Assembly (NCBI GenBank): GCA_028534125.1 | Contig: CM052816.1 | Span: 93,684,001-93,748,000 of the forward strand | Source: Lama glama | Lineage: Eukaryota | Direction: 5' to 3' | DNA length: 64,000 bases | Shown: positions 12,716 through 25,603 of the stretch, one piece after another | Layout: each line of letters starts with the position of its first letter | How positions within the stretch are numbered: the first letter of the stretch is position 1 | Position numbers and translations under genes: made by a program | Notes under the pieces: model-generated | What the model saw: the letters and a program-made list of their open reading frames with translations, nothing else | What the model was told of the DNA's origin: nothing | The model's database searches: none

Positions 12716-14020
12716 AGTGCAATGTTATGTATGATTAATGTAACAAGGGTAGTAATTAGCAGCTATGCTAAGTGTTATGGGTTTGTCTTTTATACTATCA
12801 TTTCCTAGGAAGAACTTTCCTATTACAACACTTAGTATTTGAACATTACTAAGTATGTACACTGAACAGAAGGTGCTATGATCAGAGGGGCCACTGAACA
12901 TGACCCCACTTAGCACTACTGAAGTTAAAACAGCATTATACTTTTAGTGTATTGATAGTTAAGATCTTGAAGTTTGCATGTGGGAGGAATGACATTGGAA
13001 CAGCAGATGTAGTGACAATTTATCAGTAACTTGGCACAGGTCTAGAGAAATCAAAGCACATTCTGTAGCAAAAATAAATTTGAGCAGTATATTAAATGAG
13101 TGGGTTATTAATAAAAATACATTTATTATGATGGGACATTTTCTTTTCATTCCAAATCATTTTGAATTATACAATGGGAAGCAATCCTCAGTCTAATTTA
13201 GGAGAAGAAATTAGGAAAAAAATGTATGCTCTTTTTTCCTAATGTACCAACACAGTTTCTCCCAAGCTTTGGAAAAACTGCAAGGTGAAAACTGTAGAAA
13301 ATTGGATTTTGTTCCTCCCCTCAAAATAAATTGAGGGATTGGAAATGTGAAACTAAATGTTAATTATTTACCATTTGAAATGGTCTAGTTAACTATATTT
13401 TAAAGACACTCTGATCAAAATGATATAATAAAGAATTACAGAAATTATTTTTTTACTTATTTATTACTCATAGAAATATTTGAAATAATGATAATGCTAA
13501 GTCAAGAATCATCAGATTTGAATACATAGGCATCCTTAAAAATTTTTGCTCTTAGATAGAGTCATTTCTACACTTTGCAATAGTCAAGGCTCAGACTTGC
13601 AAAAAGAATATTCTTAATTAAACATCTCACTTTTAAAATTAATTGATAAATAGAGTAGCATGCACAGTGAAGGAGAAGAATCTATTAATAAGTGATATGT
13701 AAGTTTGTTTGCGATGAGGGAAATGCTTTATTCAAGGACTCACTATAATTTCCTGAGTGTTAATGTCAATAATTCAGTTTCAGTTTCAAGGAAAGCCTCA
13801 AAAACAGATTTATTAAAGTTTTAAAGATAAATCAAATAGTTTTGGGACATGTCAATACTGAGCTAATGTTTTCCCATGTGTTCATGGTCCACATTGCCTC
13901 ATGTGGACTTGCTACATTCTTTGTTGGCTAGAGTCCCTGGAAGTCATCTGCTAATGTTAGTTTATACAACTTTTGTAGTAAAAAGGCATAATATAGTTTA
14001 TTTCAACTAGGTACCTATTA

Positions 14021-14759
14021 TTTTTATTTTTAATTGAAATATATTTTATATATACCATTGTACAAATTTAAGATGTATGACATCTTGATTTGATATGTTT
14101 ATATATGATTGCCATTGCAGCATTAGCTCCTCTATCATGTCACATAATTATCATTTCTTTTTGTGGTGGAAATAATTAAAATCTAGTCTCTTAACCAGTC
14201 TTATGATTATAATACAGTATTGCTATTTATATTCCTAAACTTTGTATGGAAGCACAAAATCCTGAAAAGCCAAAGCCATTCAGAGAAAGAATAGAAAGCT
14301 GGAGGCATTACACTTCCTGGTTGCAAGCTGTATTACAAAGGCACAGTAATTAAAACAGTGTGGCACTGGCATAAAAATAGACACATGAGAAAATGAAGCA
14401 GAATAGAGAACCCAGAATTAAGCGTCCATGTATATGGTCAACTAATGTCCAACATGGGAGCCTAGGACACGCAATGAGAAAATGATAGTCTCTTCAACAA
14501 ATGGTGTTGGGGAAATGGCATAAACATATGCAGGTAAACAAAATCAAGCCACTATCTTATACTGCTCACAAAAAAATTAACACAAACTGGATCAAAGACT
14601 AAAACATGACATTCACCTGACACCAGAAAACTAGAAGAAAACATAAGGGAGAATCTCCTGGACACTGGCCTTCACAATGACTTTCCTGGGGGTGTTGGGA
14701 AGTAACACTAAAAGCATAAACAACAAAAGCAAAAATCAGCAAGCAATACTACGTCAAAC
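14021..14759 (-). mobile_element. 5'-inverted, truncated L1
   Basis: Antisense 3' UTR 14021-14232 plus plus-sense ORF2 14233-14759; decayed TSD tcaactaggtacctatta (14003-14020) / tcacctagatacgtgtta (14760-14777). Confidence 0.85.
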
Positions 14760-15519
14760 TCACCTAGATACGTGTTAAAAAGAAATTTCCTTGTAAACCA
14801 CTATTGCAACCAAAACATTTTATTACTTAAGTTTATGGAATTATCAGCTATTATGGGACTATTCTCGGGGGAAATGTGATCACCATTAATATTAATAAGT
14901 ATTCTGAGCACTTTGTTTTGCAATTCTGATTCAAACTAGCCAGCATTAGAATGGCAAAAACTTCCTTCATAACAAAAAATAAAGTCAAAAAAGACAATGA
15001 TTGATAAACATCCAGAAATATGTTGATATTGATGCTTCTGAAATTATTCCTGAAAAGAAATGAGCTAATATTTCTATACTTGAAGAGTTTGCAACGCATC
15101 ATGAGACTGGAAACAATGACAAGCAGGTCAGGGTAAAGCCCTTGCCCTGAGAGAAAGTAAAATGAATTATTTCACTGAAAAGTTACGGTATGGTAGAGGG
15201 AAATATTACAAAGAAAACTAGTAAGTATTGAAATCAGAAACGCATATCATTCAAATTAAAACTGACCTTTCTTTAATAAAAGATAATATAACCAAAGGCT
15301 GAGTTTTTCCTTGAAAGATGTTTGCCTATAACACTGCTTTTTAAAATTGCTTTTGAAATTATCTTTGCAATAATCATCCCCTTCCCAGTTTGCCAAACAC
15401 AGTATGTCCCTATTGTTCAGGTATTTTCATATCTTACATCATTCATTTGATCCTGAAAGCATTTGATTTTATGACTTTACAACCAATGGGTGGAGGTTTA
15501 CTTGAAGAAGTGACAACAT

Positions 15520-16004
15520 ACAGTAATGGACTGATGGAGACCGAAACCATTATTCTTTCCTGTATCTACAATCATTGCCTTATGACTTGGCTCACTTGTC
15601 ATCAAGCAATGAAATCAGTTTCCCAAGAGCTTTAACATGGGCTAAACTTGTGACTTATTTCTTCCAATAGAGCATGGATGTAGTGATGTTCTGTCATTTA
15701 TGAAGCTACCTTTCACAATGAGACAGGCAGAGCTTGTAGGAGAATAAGAGACAGCTTGAAGGAGAGCTCAGCTCCCCAAGCTGGGGCTGTCTAATAGCCT
15801 ACAGCCAAACTGAGACAGCCCAGCCATTGTCAGCTTAGATTCTCATCCACAGCTGCAAGTAGATGCGTGAGAGAGCCCCATTAAGACCCAAAGATTTCTC
15901 CAGCTGACTCATAGATGAATGAGTATTAATGCATGCTATTGTTTATGCCATTCAATTTAGTGTACCTATTTTCTGTTGCAAAAATAATAAAAAAACTTAT
16001 ATGC
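15520..16004 (+). mobile_element. MaLR LTR (MLT1H-like)
   Basis: tgggctaaacttgtgacttatttc...agatgcgtgagagagccc...ccagctgactcatagat...gctattgtttatgcca. Confidence 0.65.
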
Positions 16005-16598
16005 ACACATACTTTAATTTTAATTTTCTCAAGGCTGCACACTAATTGCACCCAAAAACATCAAAGTCCAGATAAATGAAATCAAATAAATATACAGGTC
16101 TATAAAAACTCCTAAAATATTTATAGTGTCTATATATATCTGATTATGGCTGGTAATCTCTAGATCTACATAGTCTAAAATGACAACATTTATTTTTTCA
16201 ATCTTGGCTTTTTTGTTGGTGGTAATTTTCTCAAACAGAAACCATGCCACTCCTCTATAAAACAAGCGATTAAAGCTTTCCGTGAATTTTTATTGTTGAG
16301 AGGTCAAAGTTTATTAGCATTGCTGTTTGAGTGTCTTCGCAAAGTGTTCTCAGCCAATCTTAGAGGTCTCACCTGCCATTAAATCCTAGGCGTTCTTGTG
16401 GCATTACATAAGTGCATGACTCCTGAATGCACTATAGTCATTTTGCCTCTTGCCTTTGATCATCTACCCAACTTATTGATAAGATTTTTCAAAGCTGAGG
16501 AAATGCTGCCTATCTAAGACAGATAAAAATTCCTGTCTGCAGTGAAACCATACTTGGTTCTAAAGACAGTAAAACTGTCTAACTTGTGCTCTCAGAGC

Positions 16599-17383
16599 TG
16601 TTAGTAGTTTTCTTTCTTTTTTTTATTTTATTTATTTTTTTTAATGGAGATACTGGGGATTGAACACAGGACCTCGTGCATGCTAAGCATGTGCTCCACC
16701 ACTGAGCTATACCCTCCTCTCCCCATAGCTGTTTTCAATTGCTGCATGGAAAATCATCATGATTAGGCAGCTTAAAACAATCCCCACTAATTATCTCATA
16801 GTTCTGAAAAGCAAAAGTCGAGACAGGATTAAACTGGATTTCTGTTATGGTTGCACGTAGCTGAAGTCAAGGTCAATCCACTTTCACACTCATTCTAGTT
16901 GTTGGTCAAATTCAATTGCAACAACCATTGGATGGAGGTCTTTCTTTCCCTGCTGGCTATGTCAGCCAAGGCCCTCTCTCAGTTTCTAGAAGCCATGCAT
17001 ATTCCTCATTACATTCCTCCCACCTTCAAGCCAGCGATGTCACATCAAATCCTTCTCAATTTTCAAATGTCTCCAGCTTCACCTTCTGCCACCAGCCAGA
17101 GAATTCTCTGTTTTTAAAGAGTTTATATGCAATTGGAGATTGGATAATATCCATTTAAAGCAGTATCCATGTCACCAACCACGTAAATCTCTCTTTTGAT
17201 TAAGTCAAAATCAATTGATTAATAACCATAATTGCATCTGAAAAATCCCCCCCACCTTTAACACAGCATAATTAGGATGTTCTATCTCATCATATGCACA
17301 GCCCTAGGGATTAGGGGATGAAATCTTGGGTGACGGAGGGATGGGGGTGGGGGAGGGAGGTGGTGGTAGAATTCTACCTAACA
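16599..17383 (-). mobile_element. MaLR solo LTR (MLT1E-like), interrupted near its terminus by a SINE
   Basis: ttttcaattgctgc...gcttaaaacaa...ctgaagtcaagg...tagaattctacctaaca. Confidence 0.8.
16613..16725 (-). mobile_element. tRNA-derived camelid-type SINE
   Basis: Reverse complement has A box TAGCTCAGTGG, B box GTTCAATCC and an A-rich tail; probable TSD tagtagttttc / tagctgttttc. Confidence 0.9.
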
Positions 17384-17439
17384 GAGATGTTTTTCCATAT
17401 GTTAGTCTGAAACTAAATATGGTCCTGGTTGAATCATTG

Positions 17440-17585
17440 TTAAAATATCTTCCTCATTAGATCACCAGTTCCTGCAGCACAAATACTGTCTTTATTCATC
17501 ACATTTTCCCAGCTTCTAGTATATATGATACCTTGTTCTGGGTAAGCACAAAAGAAATATCCATTAAGAAAAAGGGTTAATCAAT
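17440..17585 (+). mobile_element. L2 3' end fragment
   Basis: cctcattagatcaccagttcctgcagcac...tgtctttattcatc...cccagcttctag. Confidence 0.5.
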
Positions 17586-17964
17586 GGTAAATAAAAAAAT
17601 ATGGAATTCCATTCTCATGATATGAAAAATAAACACAGACCATTGTATCAGAAAGACACAATCAAATTGATCAACTATTTGAAAGAAATTTATCACAAGC
17701 TATTTTATCACAAGTACCATGCTAAATCTAAATAGGTTATTCAAATATTTTAAAATTGGTAATTGTTTTTACTTTGCTAATCTTGGACTTAATTATGGAT
17801 GCAGTGTAAATAGTTTTGTCTCATTCTTTTAACTTATATTTTTATTTTAATAGTCTTAAATATCTTATAGAAGTAGTCAATCTTGTAAGCAATGGAGCTA
17901 TAGCATGTTTAAAAACAGAAATGAAAAATAAAATAGTACAGTGCAAATAGTTGTAGATTTTTTT

Positions 17965-18110
17965 CATCAATTTATTCAGTCAATAAATATTTGCTGAACT
18001 TTTGCCAAACTTTTGCCACCATGCATATATCAGATATATGTGTGCTTACCATTTGAAGATATCTGGGTAGATAAATATGAATTGTTCTATAGCTTTAGAA
18101 GCTCATTGTG
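17965..18110 (-). mobile_element. L2 3' end fragment
   Basis: ttattcagtcaataaatatttgctgaac resembles the reverse L2 tail. Confidence 0.45.
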
Positions 18111-18629
18111 GTAAGTAAAATCATTATTGGGTAAAATACTGTAAATGTACATGGATGCTACACTTACTGAAATTTTAGTTTAACAGGGAAGTTTGGTAAG
18201 TACTTGAATAAGAAAATAGGAATACAAAATGTTATGAAAATACAAAGTACTGACATGCCATTGGGCTAAAGAGAAAGTTTACCAGTAATTTAATTTGATG
18301 GCATTGGGTCTGGTGACATGAAATAGAATTTTTTTCCAGTTGCAATTTAATGCACAGGAGACCTGCAAACAATCAAAGAAAATTAAAGATTTTTATGTTT
18401 CCAGTATCATTGAAAGGTTGAAAGTTTTTAATAAGTTACTAGGGGACTTGTGTGTGCTCATATTTCAAGGCAACCAGTGATGTTGAGATTGAAGCTTCCT
18501 ATAGTAAATCAAGATGAAAAGTTAAGTTACAACAAGAAATATGAAAATGTCATGCTAATTGTAAATTTAGAGGATTCTTGATCTTAAATCAATTATGTAT
18601 GTTGTAAGAGTTTTTATATGCATACAATA

Positions 18630-19712
18630 GTTAATTTCTACACTCTCTATGGATTTCCTAGTAACAGTGGATGTGAGTCCTGGCTGTTACACACACTTTC
18701 TAACACTTTCAACTTCCAGTATTTTTAGTTTTACCTTTCTGAAGCATTTGTAGGTTAATGTGATTTTAAATTGAACTTCTTTGATGGCCAAGGTTGTCAT
18801 GTGCTTATTGGTGATTTACATACTTTAATGATGTGTTTTTTCAAATTGTTGCCTGTTCTGGAGTTTGTTTTTCTAATCATTAATTTACTTACGTATCCTA
18901 AATGACAGTCCTTTCTTAGACACTTGCTTTGCATATATTGTCCCCCCAAGAATGTGGCTTTCCTATTCATTTTCTTAAGAGTGACTCCAGATGAGCAAAA
19001 ATGTTCAACTTCGATGAAGTCTAAGTTAGCAACTTTTTTCTTTATGTTTATTACATTCTGTATCCTAAGAAATATTTACTGATCCCAAATTATGGAGATA
19101 TCCTACTAGATTATTTCTCTTCTAAACATATTATGTCTTAGGTTATGTTCTATTTTTGTGTATGGTATGAGGTAGGATTTCAGTTTAATTTTATTGCATA
19201 CAGTATGTTCTGTTTTTATGAAATATTTATTGGAAAAACTTCCCCTTTCCTTTTGGGCTGTTTTGGAATCTTTGTCAAATATCAAGTGGTTATGTTAAGA
19301 TAGCTTTAGTTTTGTGCTATTTGTTTCTTTTGAGCCATTTGTCAATCCTTTTGTCAATATTCTACTGTCTTTATTAGTATAGATTTACAGTAATTCTTGA
19401 AATCAAATAAGTAGAAGTTTTTTTTAATTGTTTTGGAAATTTTTGGTCTTTTGAATTTCCATACACAGTTTAGAAACAATTTGCAAAGTTCTGCAAAAAC
19501 AATAAAAAATCTACTGGGTTTATTGTTGGAATCATGCTATTCTGTAGGTTATTTTGGAGAGAAATTACAATTTGCAGCATCGAATCTTTCCAAAACATGA
19601 ACATAGCATACATTTCCATTTATTTAGGTCTTCTTTAAATTCACTAAGCAATACTTTGTAATTTCTATTGTAGATTTCTTGCACACTTATTGTTGAGTTT
19701 ATTCATACGTAA
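18630..19712 (-). mobile_element. Old L1 ORF2 3' half
   Basis: Collinear antisense ORF2 motifs: gtgtatggtatgaggtagg, ggtcttttgaatttccatacac, ccatttatttaggtcttcttta. Confidence 0.85.
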
Positions 19713-20349
19713 CATATTATGTAATATGATTTAAATATATTTACACCATGGATTGTGACTTTCACACTGATTCTGGACTTTAGCTAAAGGAGCAGAAGCA
19801 AACAGATGCAAGCACATATTTGGGAAATGTCCCACTTCTGTTGGAATCCTGCTACTAACTGAAGAAGACAGATATTCTGCTGTATTGTCCACTGAGAGTT
19901 ATTCTATTTGGCTGTTACTTTTTCTCTAGATACTCTTGGAATATACAGTGACACTACATGAGACTTGACTTCTTGGACTCTTCTAGTAAAACCACTTTCC
20001 TGTCTACACTCTAAGAAGCAAAAATGGACCTCCAAAGTTTCTGTGCTCAGATGGAGTTGGAGAAGCCCTCACTTTTTCAAAACTTCCCACTATCGTAGAT
20101 GGATCCATTTAAATGCCAACTTTAGAAAAAGAGTTCCAAAAGAGTTGACTATCTTTTTTGCCTCCAGGTAGCTGGATATACAAAAGCCCTTCAAAAGCTG
20201 ACCTAGGCGTAGGGGTACTACGTCAGTTGATGGACTCAGATACATGGATCATCTCGCATGTTTTAGGACTGGGACCAAACCACTTCTTCTGTATAACCAC
20301 GTGTAACAAGAAATAGACAGCATTATCTGACAACAGCTTCTATCTTTTG

Positions 20350-21080
20350 TACCTGCTATTTCCTTGGTTTCCTTTAAAGGGTTCTTCTAACTTATCAATG
20401 CTTTTATCCCCTCATTCTTCCATTTTTCTTACTCTGTTGATCTTGGAGTTACTTATTTCTTTTCTATTGCAACCCAGGTTCTTTATTCTCTACATCCACC
20501 AGCATTTGCCCAGTGTCCTCAGCATCCTCACTTTCTTTCTCTTATATACCCACTCTGGTGTTCTCAGGTTCTTCCCCTGTGCTATGAAGAACTAATTTAT
20601 GTGAAACTATGACCTCAGCTGTGATCTTCAGTGTCAGTACAACTTTGAAATGTTTCTTTCTTTGACTCAATTCTTTCTTCTATTCTCTAGTCTGTCTGTC
20701 TCTTTTTGTCCAATTAGTGACTGAGATTTTTTTTTTCTTTCCCATCTCTTTCTGCATAGCCCCACACCTATACATTTAGGTGTTCTATGATCATCCATTC
20801 TCATCTGCTTTATAAACATGTTAGTCCAATTTTGCCCATATATCTTATTATATCATTTTTGTTAATCTCAGAGAATGACATGATCACTTACCTACTCTCT
20901 CAGTCTGGACAACTGTGGGCAATCCTAGGTCTCCACTATTCCCTCATTAATTATATCTAGTTATTTCACTCATTCTTTAAGTTAGTTTCACCATATGTCT
21001 TTCAACTCCCTTAGGTCCATTTTGTAGAGGATCTCTATGTACTTTCTTGCCCCAGAAGATAAATCACTGATTAATTACTA
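20350..21080 (+). mobile_element. Highly decayed L2 remnant
   Basis: Pyrimidine-rich tracts resembling L2 ORF2; weak match. Confidence 0.35.
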
Positions 21081-22477
21081 TTGTTTATGGCAGTGAAAAC
21101 ATTAACAATTAAAACTATTCTAATCTAAATATATATTTAAGCTATTACCTTTATGGTCTGAGTCTATAATAATGATTTTCTTAAGGAATCTGAAAATACA
21201 ATCCCAAAGGTAAAGAGATGCTGTAATATCAGGTGTACAGATTTCTATTTTCCCTTTTCATACAGCTATTTTTGTAAGTAAAACATTTCTGTTTCTCTTT
21301 TATGGAGCAACATGTCTCAACAATCTCTGCCCCGTTGACAACATGTGATACTATTTCTGCTTTCAGTGCCCCTAAGCAAAGCTATTATCCATGTTGAGAA
21401 AACAGCAAGTTAGCATTTTTGATGTAATTCTTTGAGTTGATATGTATTGTATTTTACTTAGAAGCATTTTCTTTCTTGACACTTTATGCAATTACAAGCT
21501 GGGGGAAAAAGCCATAATATTACCACAGGAAGTAAAATATCATTCCTGTGGCTCTGCCTTGAGGAAGTGTGATGAACAATTTCCTTCTGACACACACGTC
21601 ATGTAGCATTAGCAAAATGAACTAAAGTGACTTATTTTATTGTTTTATTAGAGTGATGTGAGACTAGCTAGATATTAAAAACAAGTATTCACAGTTACCA
21701 TATCATCTTTTAAATATTCACTCTTTGATGATTAAATATTAATGTTGACAGTGGCAAAATCTCTTCACTAATTTACAAGACATGTATTGTTGCTTTTTTC
21801 TTTTCAGGCAATTTCTCTGTCATTAAATTCAAATATAACATTTGCCAAACTTTTAGTTAATATATTAAGGACTCTAATCCTTTTTCCAATAGAAATTGTA
21901 TTCCTACCTTTTAATAAGCAAATGGTACTCCTTAAAAACTCTTATAATTACTATACCATTTGATAATTATCTATTCTGTATGTCAATTCACACACTGACA
22001 TTTTCAGCTTTAGCTTATAGATTGCCATTTCTTTCATCTTAAGCATGTGCCCAGTAAGCAAAAGACACTATGTAGCTTGACTACTTGAGCATGGCTGTAA
22101 GATGCTAAAGTAATGTTTCTGCTGTAAAAAAAAATGAATGAGAAATTAGTTTGCTTTCTAACTCAATTATAATAACTTAAAATTATATAAGTTCAATACA
22201 ATACTATAAAAACTTTAAAAAAGTGATAAGAACAAGGAGAAAGGTAAAGCTACACTCACCCAAGTGCTTCAATAAGTGGTCTAATTGGATAGTGTTCTTC
22301 TACATATAGAGGAATTATCTACCCCTCGTTAACACCATCTATGGCTTTTACAATGATAAAAATAAAATTAAAGTAGCATATATTAATTATTATGAATTTA
22401 GAAAATATAAAATCATAAGGAAAGGAATGCACCATTACAACAAGAGTTGAAAATATTTAAGAAAGATAAAAGGTATT

Positions 22478-22549
22478 AAGGAAAAAGGAAGGAAGGAAAG
22501 AAGGAAAGAAGGAAATGAAAGGAAGAAAGAGAAAGCAAGGAGAAGAGGA
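22478..22549 (+). repeat. Purine-rich (GGAA/GAAA)-like low-complexity tract
   Basis: aaggaaaaaggaaggaaggaaagaaggaaagaaggaaatgaaaggaagaaagagaaag. Confidence 0.85.
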
Positions 22550-23371
22550 CATACAGAAGGTAGGCAAATGTGAAAAACTAGTTTTCCTGAATAGGCTGAA
22601 ACGCACCTCACAGCCCAGCTCCTCACGACAGAGGGATGAGCGGTCCTCATACCTCTCACTTGCCCCCAGGAGTGGCAACATGGAGCCCAGTTCACATTCC
22701 TGGCACCGAGACCCACACTCATGTCAGAAAGAGGCTTCCATATTGGAAACAACTCAAGAACGTATCATTTATGCAATAAAAAGAGTACTGGAGATCCTCA
22801 GTCTCCACGTGACAAACAGCAGACAACAACAAAAACAAAGGGAAGCACACAAACATCCTCTCTCATGAGATAAGAAGCCGCCCCCTTTTCTTCTATAGCA
22901 CTGAAATTTGAGCATGAGCATTTTCTGTAAGTTTCTTTTCTTTTTTTACCTCCAGTGTGTTAAACTCTAGTGAATTTGCATACAGATATTGTGATTTTAG
23001 TAGAAATCCTTTTAGCTGGGTTTAAGTCTCGATTTATACTTTTAATTATGTATTTCTTCCTGAAATAGTCTCATTAAAAGCTGAGTCCATAAGCTTATCT
23101 ATATGAAGTATTTCAAACTGTAGCTAAGCCTTTTAACCCTAAGGAAACAGATGAAAGAGTGGAGGATTCTGTCAGGAATGCTTGAAATACATGTCAAACG
23201 CATACCTTCAGTCTTCAGGTTTCCATATCAAGCAGCAATTTATGAAAAATTACTACTTTCTGGATTCCCTTTTCTTATTTTCTTTATGTGGTAATTTTTT
23301 TCCATTTCAGATAATTAGTTTAAATAGTCACAAATTTTAATATCGGTTTTAACCAAAATTACTGATCCTAC

Positions 23372-23833
23372 AGTATTAATTTCCTAGGGCTGCAATAGAG
23401 TGTCCTACATCGGGTTGCTTAAAACAACAAGTATTCATTGTCCCATGGTTCTGGAGGCTGAAAGTTCAAAATCAAGATGTTGGTGTGACCATTCTTTCTC
23501 CTTCCCCAGGAGTACGCTTCCTTACCTGGTCCCAATATTTGGTAATTACTGGCAAACCTTGACCTTCCTTGGCTTATAGCTGCATCACTCCAGTCTGCAC
23601 CTCTATTGTCACCATGGCCTTCTTCCTTCCACATCTCCATGACTCTGTGTGTCCTTTCCTGCTCTTATAAGGACACGAGTCACTGGATGTAGGACCCACC
23701 CTAGTGCTGTGTGACCTCATCTTAATTTAATGGATCACATCCGGAAGAACCCTTTTTCCACTCCTCAAAACCTTTCCGAGGTTCTATGTGGACATGAATT
23801 TGTTTGGAGAGGGGCATTATTCAAGCCAGGGTA
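23372..23833 (-). mobile_element. MaLR solo LTR (MLT1C-like)
   Basis: gtattaatttcctagggctgc...gttctggaggctg...gctgcatcactccagtctg...tcttataaggacac...gacctcatcttaa. Confidence 0.9.
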
Positions 23834-24504
23834 TCCACTATGTATCAAATATGGAGATGACGACATTTAAAAAGTATATTTCCAACTTTATTTGGGGTGT
23901 ATGTGTGTGAGAAGAGGGAGAACGCCCGCTGTAGGACTGCTCTGGACACTCTCCCACCTGCTCTAATAAAAAGTGACTTTTGGCGGAGTCTAATGTGGAT
24001 GGGCGACTTGGGTACCGAGGCAGCTTTCCCCTTTCAGAGAGAGTGTGCTTGGGCAAGTTCCAATAGCTGGTGTTCCACAGTCAGTCTGCATCTGTTAATA
24101 AGACTGAAGTTTTAAATTCACAGATAAAAACTCTGGATTGTCCAGAAAAGCCATTCTAGCTAAGAGAGGTATGCTTCTTTTCAAACTAAAATTTAATGTT
24201 TTTGGTAAACTGCAGTTCTGCTCTCTGTATGCGTTCTCTTGTGAGTGGCTCATGGAACATCGTGCTTATGCGAGGAACGGCGTGCAGGCATCCATAGGTA
24301 AGTTTTCATGTACATGTTCACAAAATCCACAAGATCTTCCTACATGGGGAGCTCCATATGTGTCCATCATAACTGTGTGAACAGACGATGAATTGTAACA
24401 GGCTACTGCTCTCTCCTCTTCCCACCACGACATAAACTCGATTATTTACTTTGTCCTACTGATTCCATTTTTGACAATATCTGTCTTCTACACATGAATA
24501 CACA

Positions 24505-24760
24505 TGGTAGGGCTCAGGGAGGGCCACATATAATATTGACTATTTTGAATAACCAATTTCAAATTTCTCACGTGAAAGATGAGTTCCCTGCATCGGGAGA
24601 TGCTCTTATTAAAGACACTCTTATTGCCACAGACAGAGAATTTGGGGCTAAGTCTATATAAACAAACGTTGTTACTTCTTTATTTTACTATATCAAGCAC
24701 AAACAAACTCTGTTTAGATTCTTCACTCAAAGCACTCAAAACCTGAGCTTTGTCTTGATT
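24505..24760. mobile_element. Possible ERV1-class LTR remnant
   Basis: Weak resemblance to MER34/MER39-type LTRs (actcttattgccacag...aaacaaacgttgttac). Confidence 0.3.
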
Positions 24761-24793
24761 TGAGGGAAACATTTATGCTGGCTATATATGTTG

Positions 24794-24866
24794 ATCAAAA
24801 GTGTTGGTTAAAATATAACATAAGTCGTATTGAGTCTTATGTTATACTTTAACCAACACTTTGGAT
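24794..24866. repeat. Inverted repeat, 31-bp arms (29/31), 11-nt loop
   Basis: atcaaaagtgttggttaaaatataacataag (24794-24824) pairs with cttatgttatactttaaccaacactttggat (24836-24866). Confidence 0.95.
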
Positions 24867-25065
24867 TTCAAAATTGTAGAATAGGTAAACAAGATTACAC
24901 TGTATAGCACAGGGAAATATACACAAAATGTTATGGTAGCTCACAGAGAAAAAAATGTGACAGTGAGTGTGTATACATCCATGTATGACTGAAAAATTGT
25001 GCTGAACACTGGAATTTGACACAACATTGCAAAATGATTATAAATCAATAAAAATGTTTAAAAAA
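24862..25065 (+). mobile_element. Young camelid-type L1 3' end, heavily 5'-truncated
   Basis: ggatttcaaaattgtagaatag...ctgtatagcacagggaaatatac...gacacaacattg...aataaaaatgtttaaaaaa. Confidence 0.85.
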
Positions 25066-25603
25066 TGAAATATTTGTAAGACTTGGAACAGTAAAAAATA
25101 TATATATCATAAGATATAATGTATTTGAGCATATTGATGGAAAATGCTATGGAGATATGTTTTATATAGTGATTTTTTCTGTGTCATTTTTACTTTAAAT
25201 CATAGGAAAATATCCACAAATTCATATATATAATAATATGAATGTCAAATAGATGGGCTTGTTGAAAATTTAAACTATGTGTTACCACTATCCTTTTCAT
25301 CTTTATGTTCCAGGACCCAGGGGAATGCCTGCTTATAGCTGGTACTTGATAAATACCTACCAGAGTGAAGTAGTAAGTGTTCAGCTCCATGAGCAATGGT
25401 AAGCGTTAGAAGAGGTCAGAAGGGTGAAGATGTGGGAGCTATTATGGAGCTTCTACTTGTATCTGAAACATGTGTTTACCAGGGAGCACTGATAACCTCT
25501 GTGCTATTTTTCTTAGTGGGAAACTCAAGAAGATGACTTTGAGAACGTGTTTTGGGGATTTTTGTTTTTGTTTCTTTGCTTTGTTTAGTTTTTTTCTTTA
25601 CAG

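Noticed and set aside
16613..16725. tRNA-like A and B boxes (also at 58269-58410)
   Set aside because: An A-rich tail, TSDs and two dispersed copies identify these as SINEs, not tRNA genes.
22515..22868. 117-aa ORF
   Set aside because: Starts in a purine-rich low-complexity tract, with no splice or domain support.
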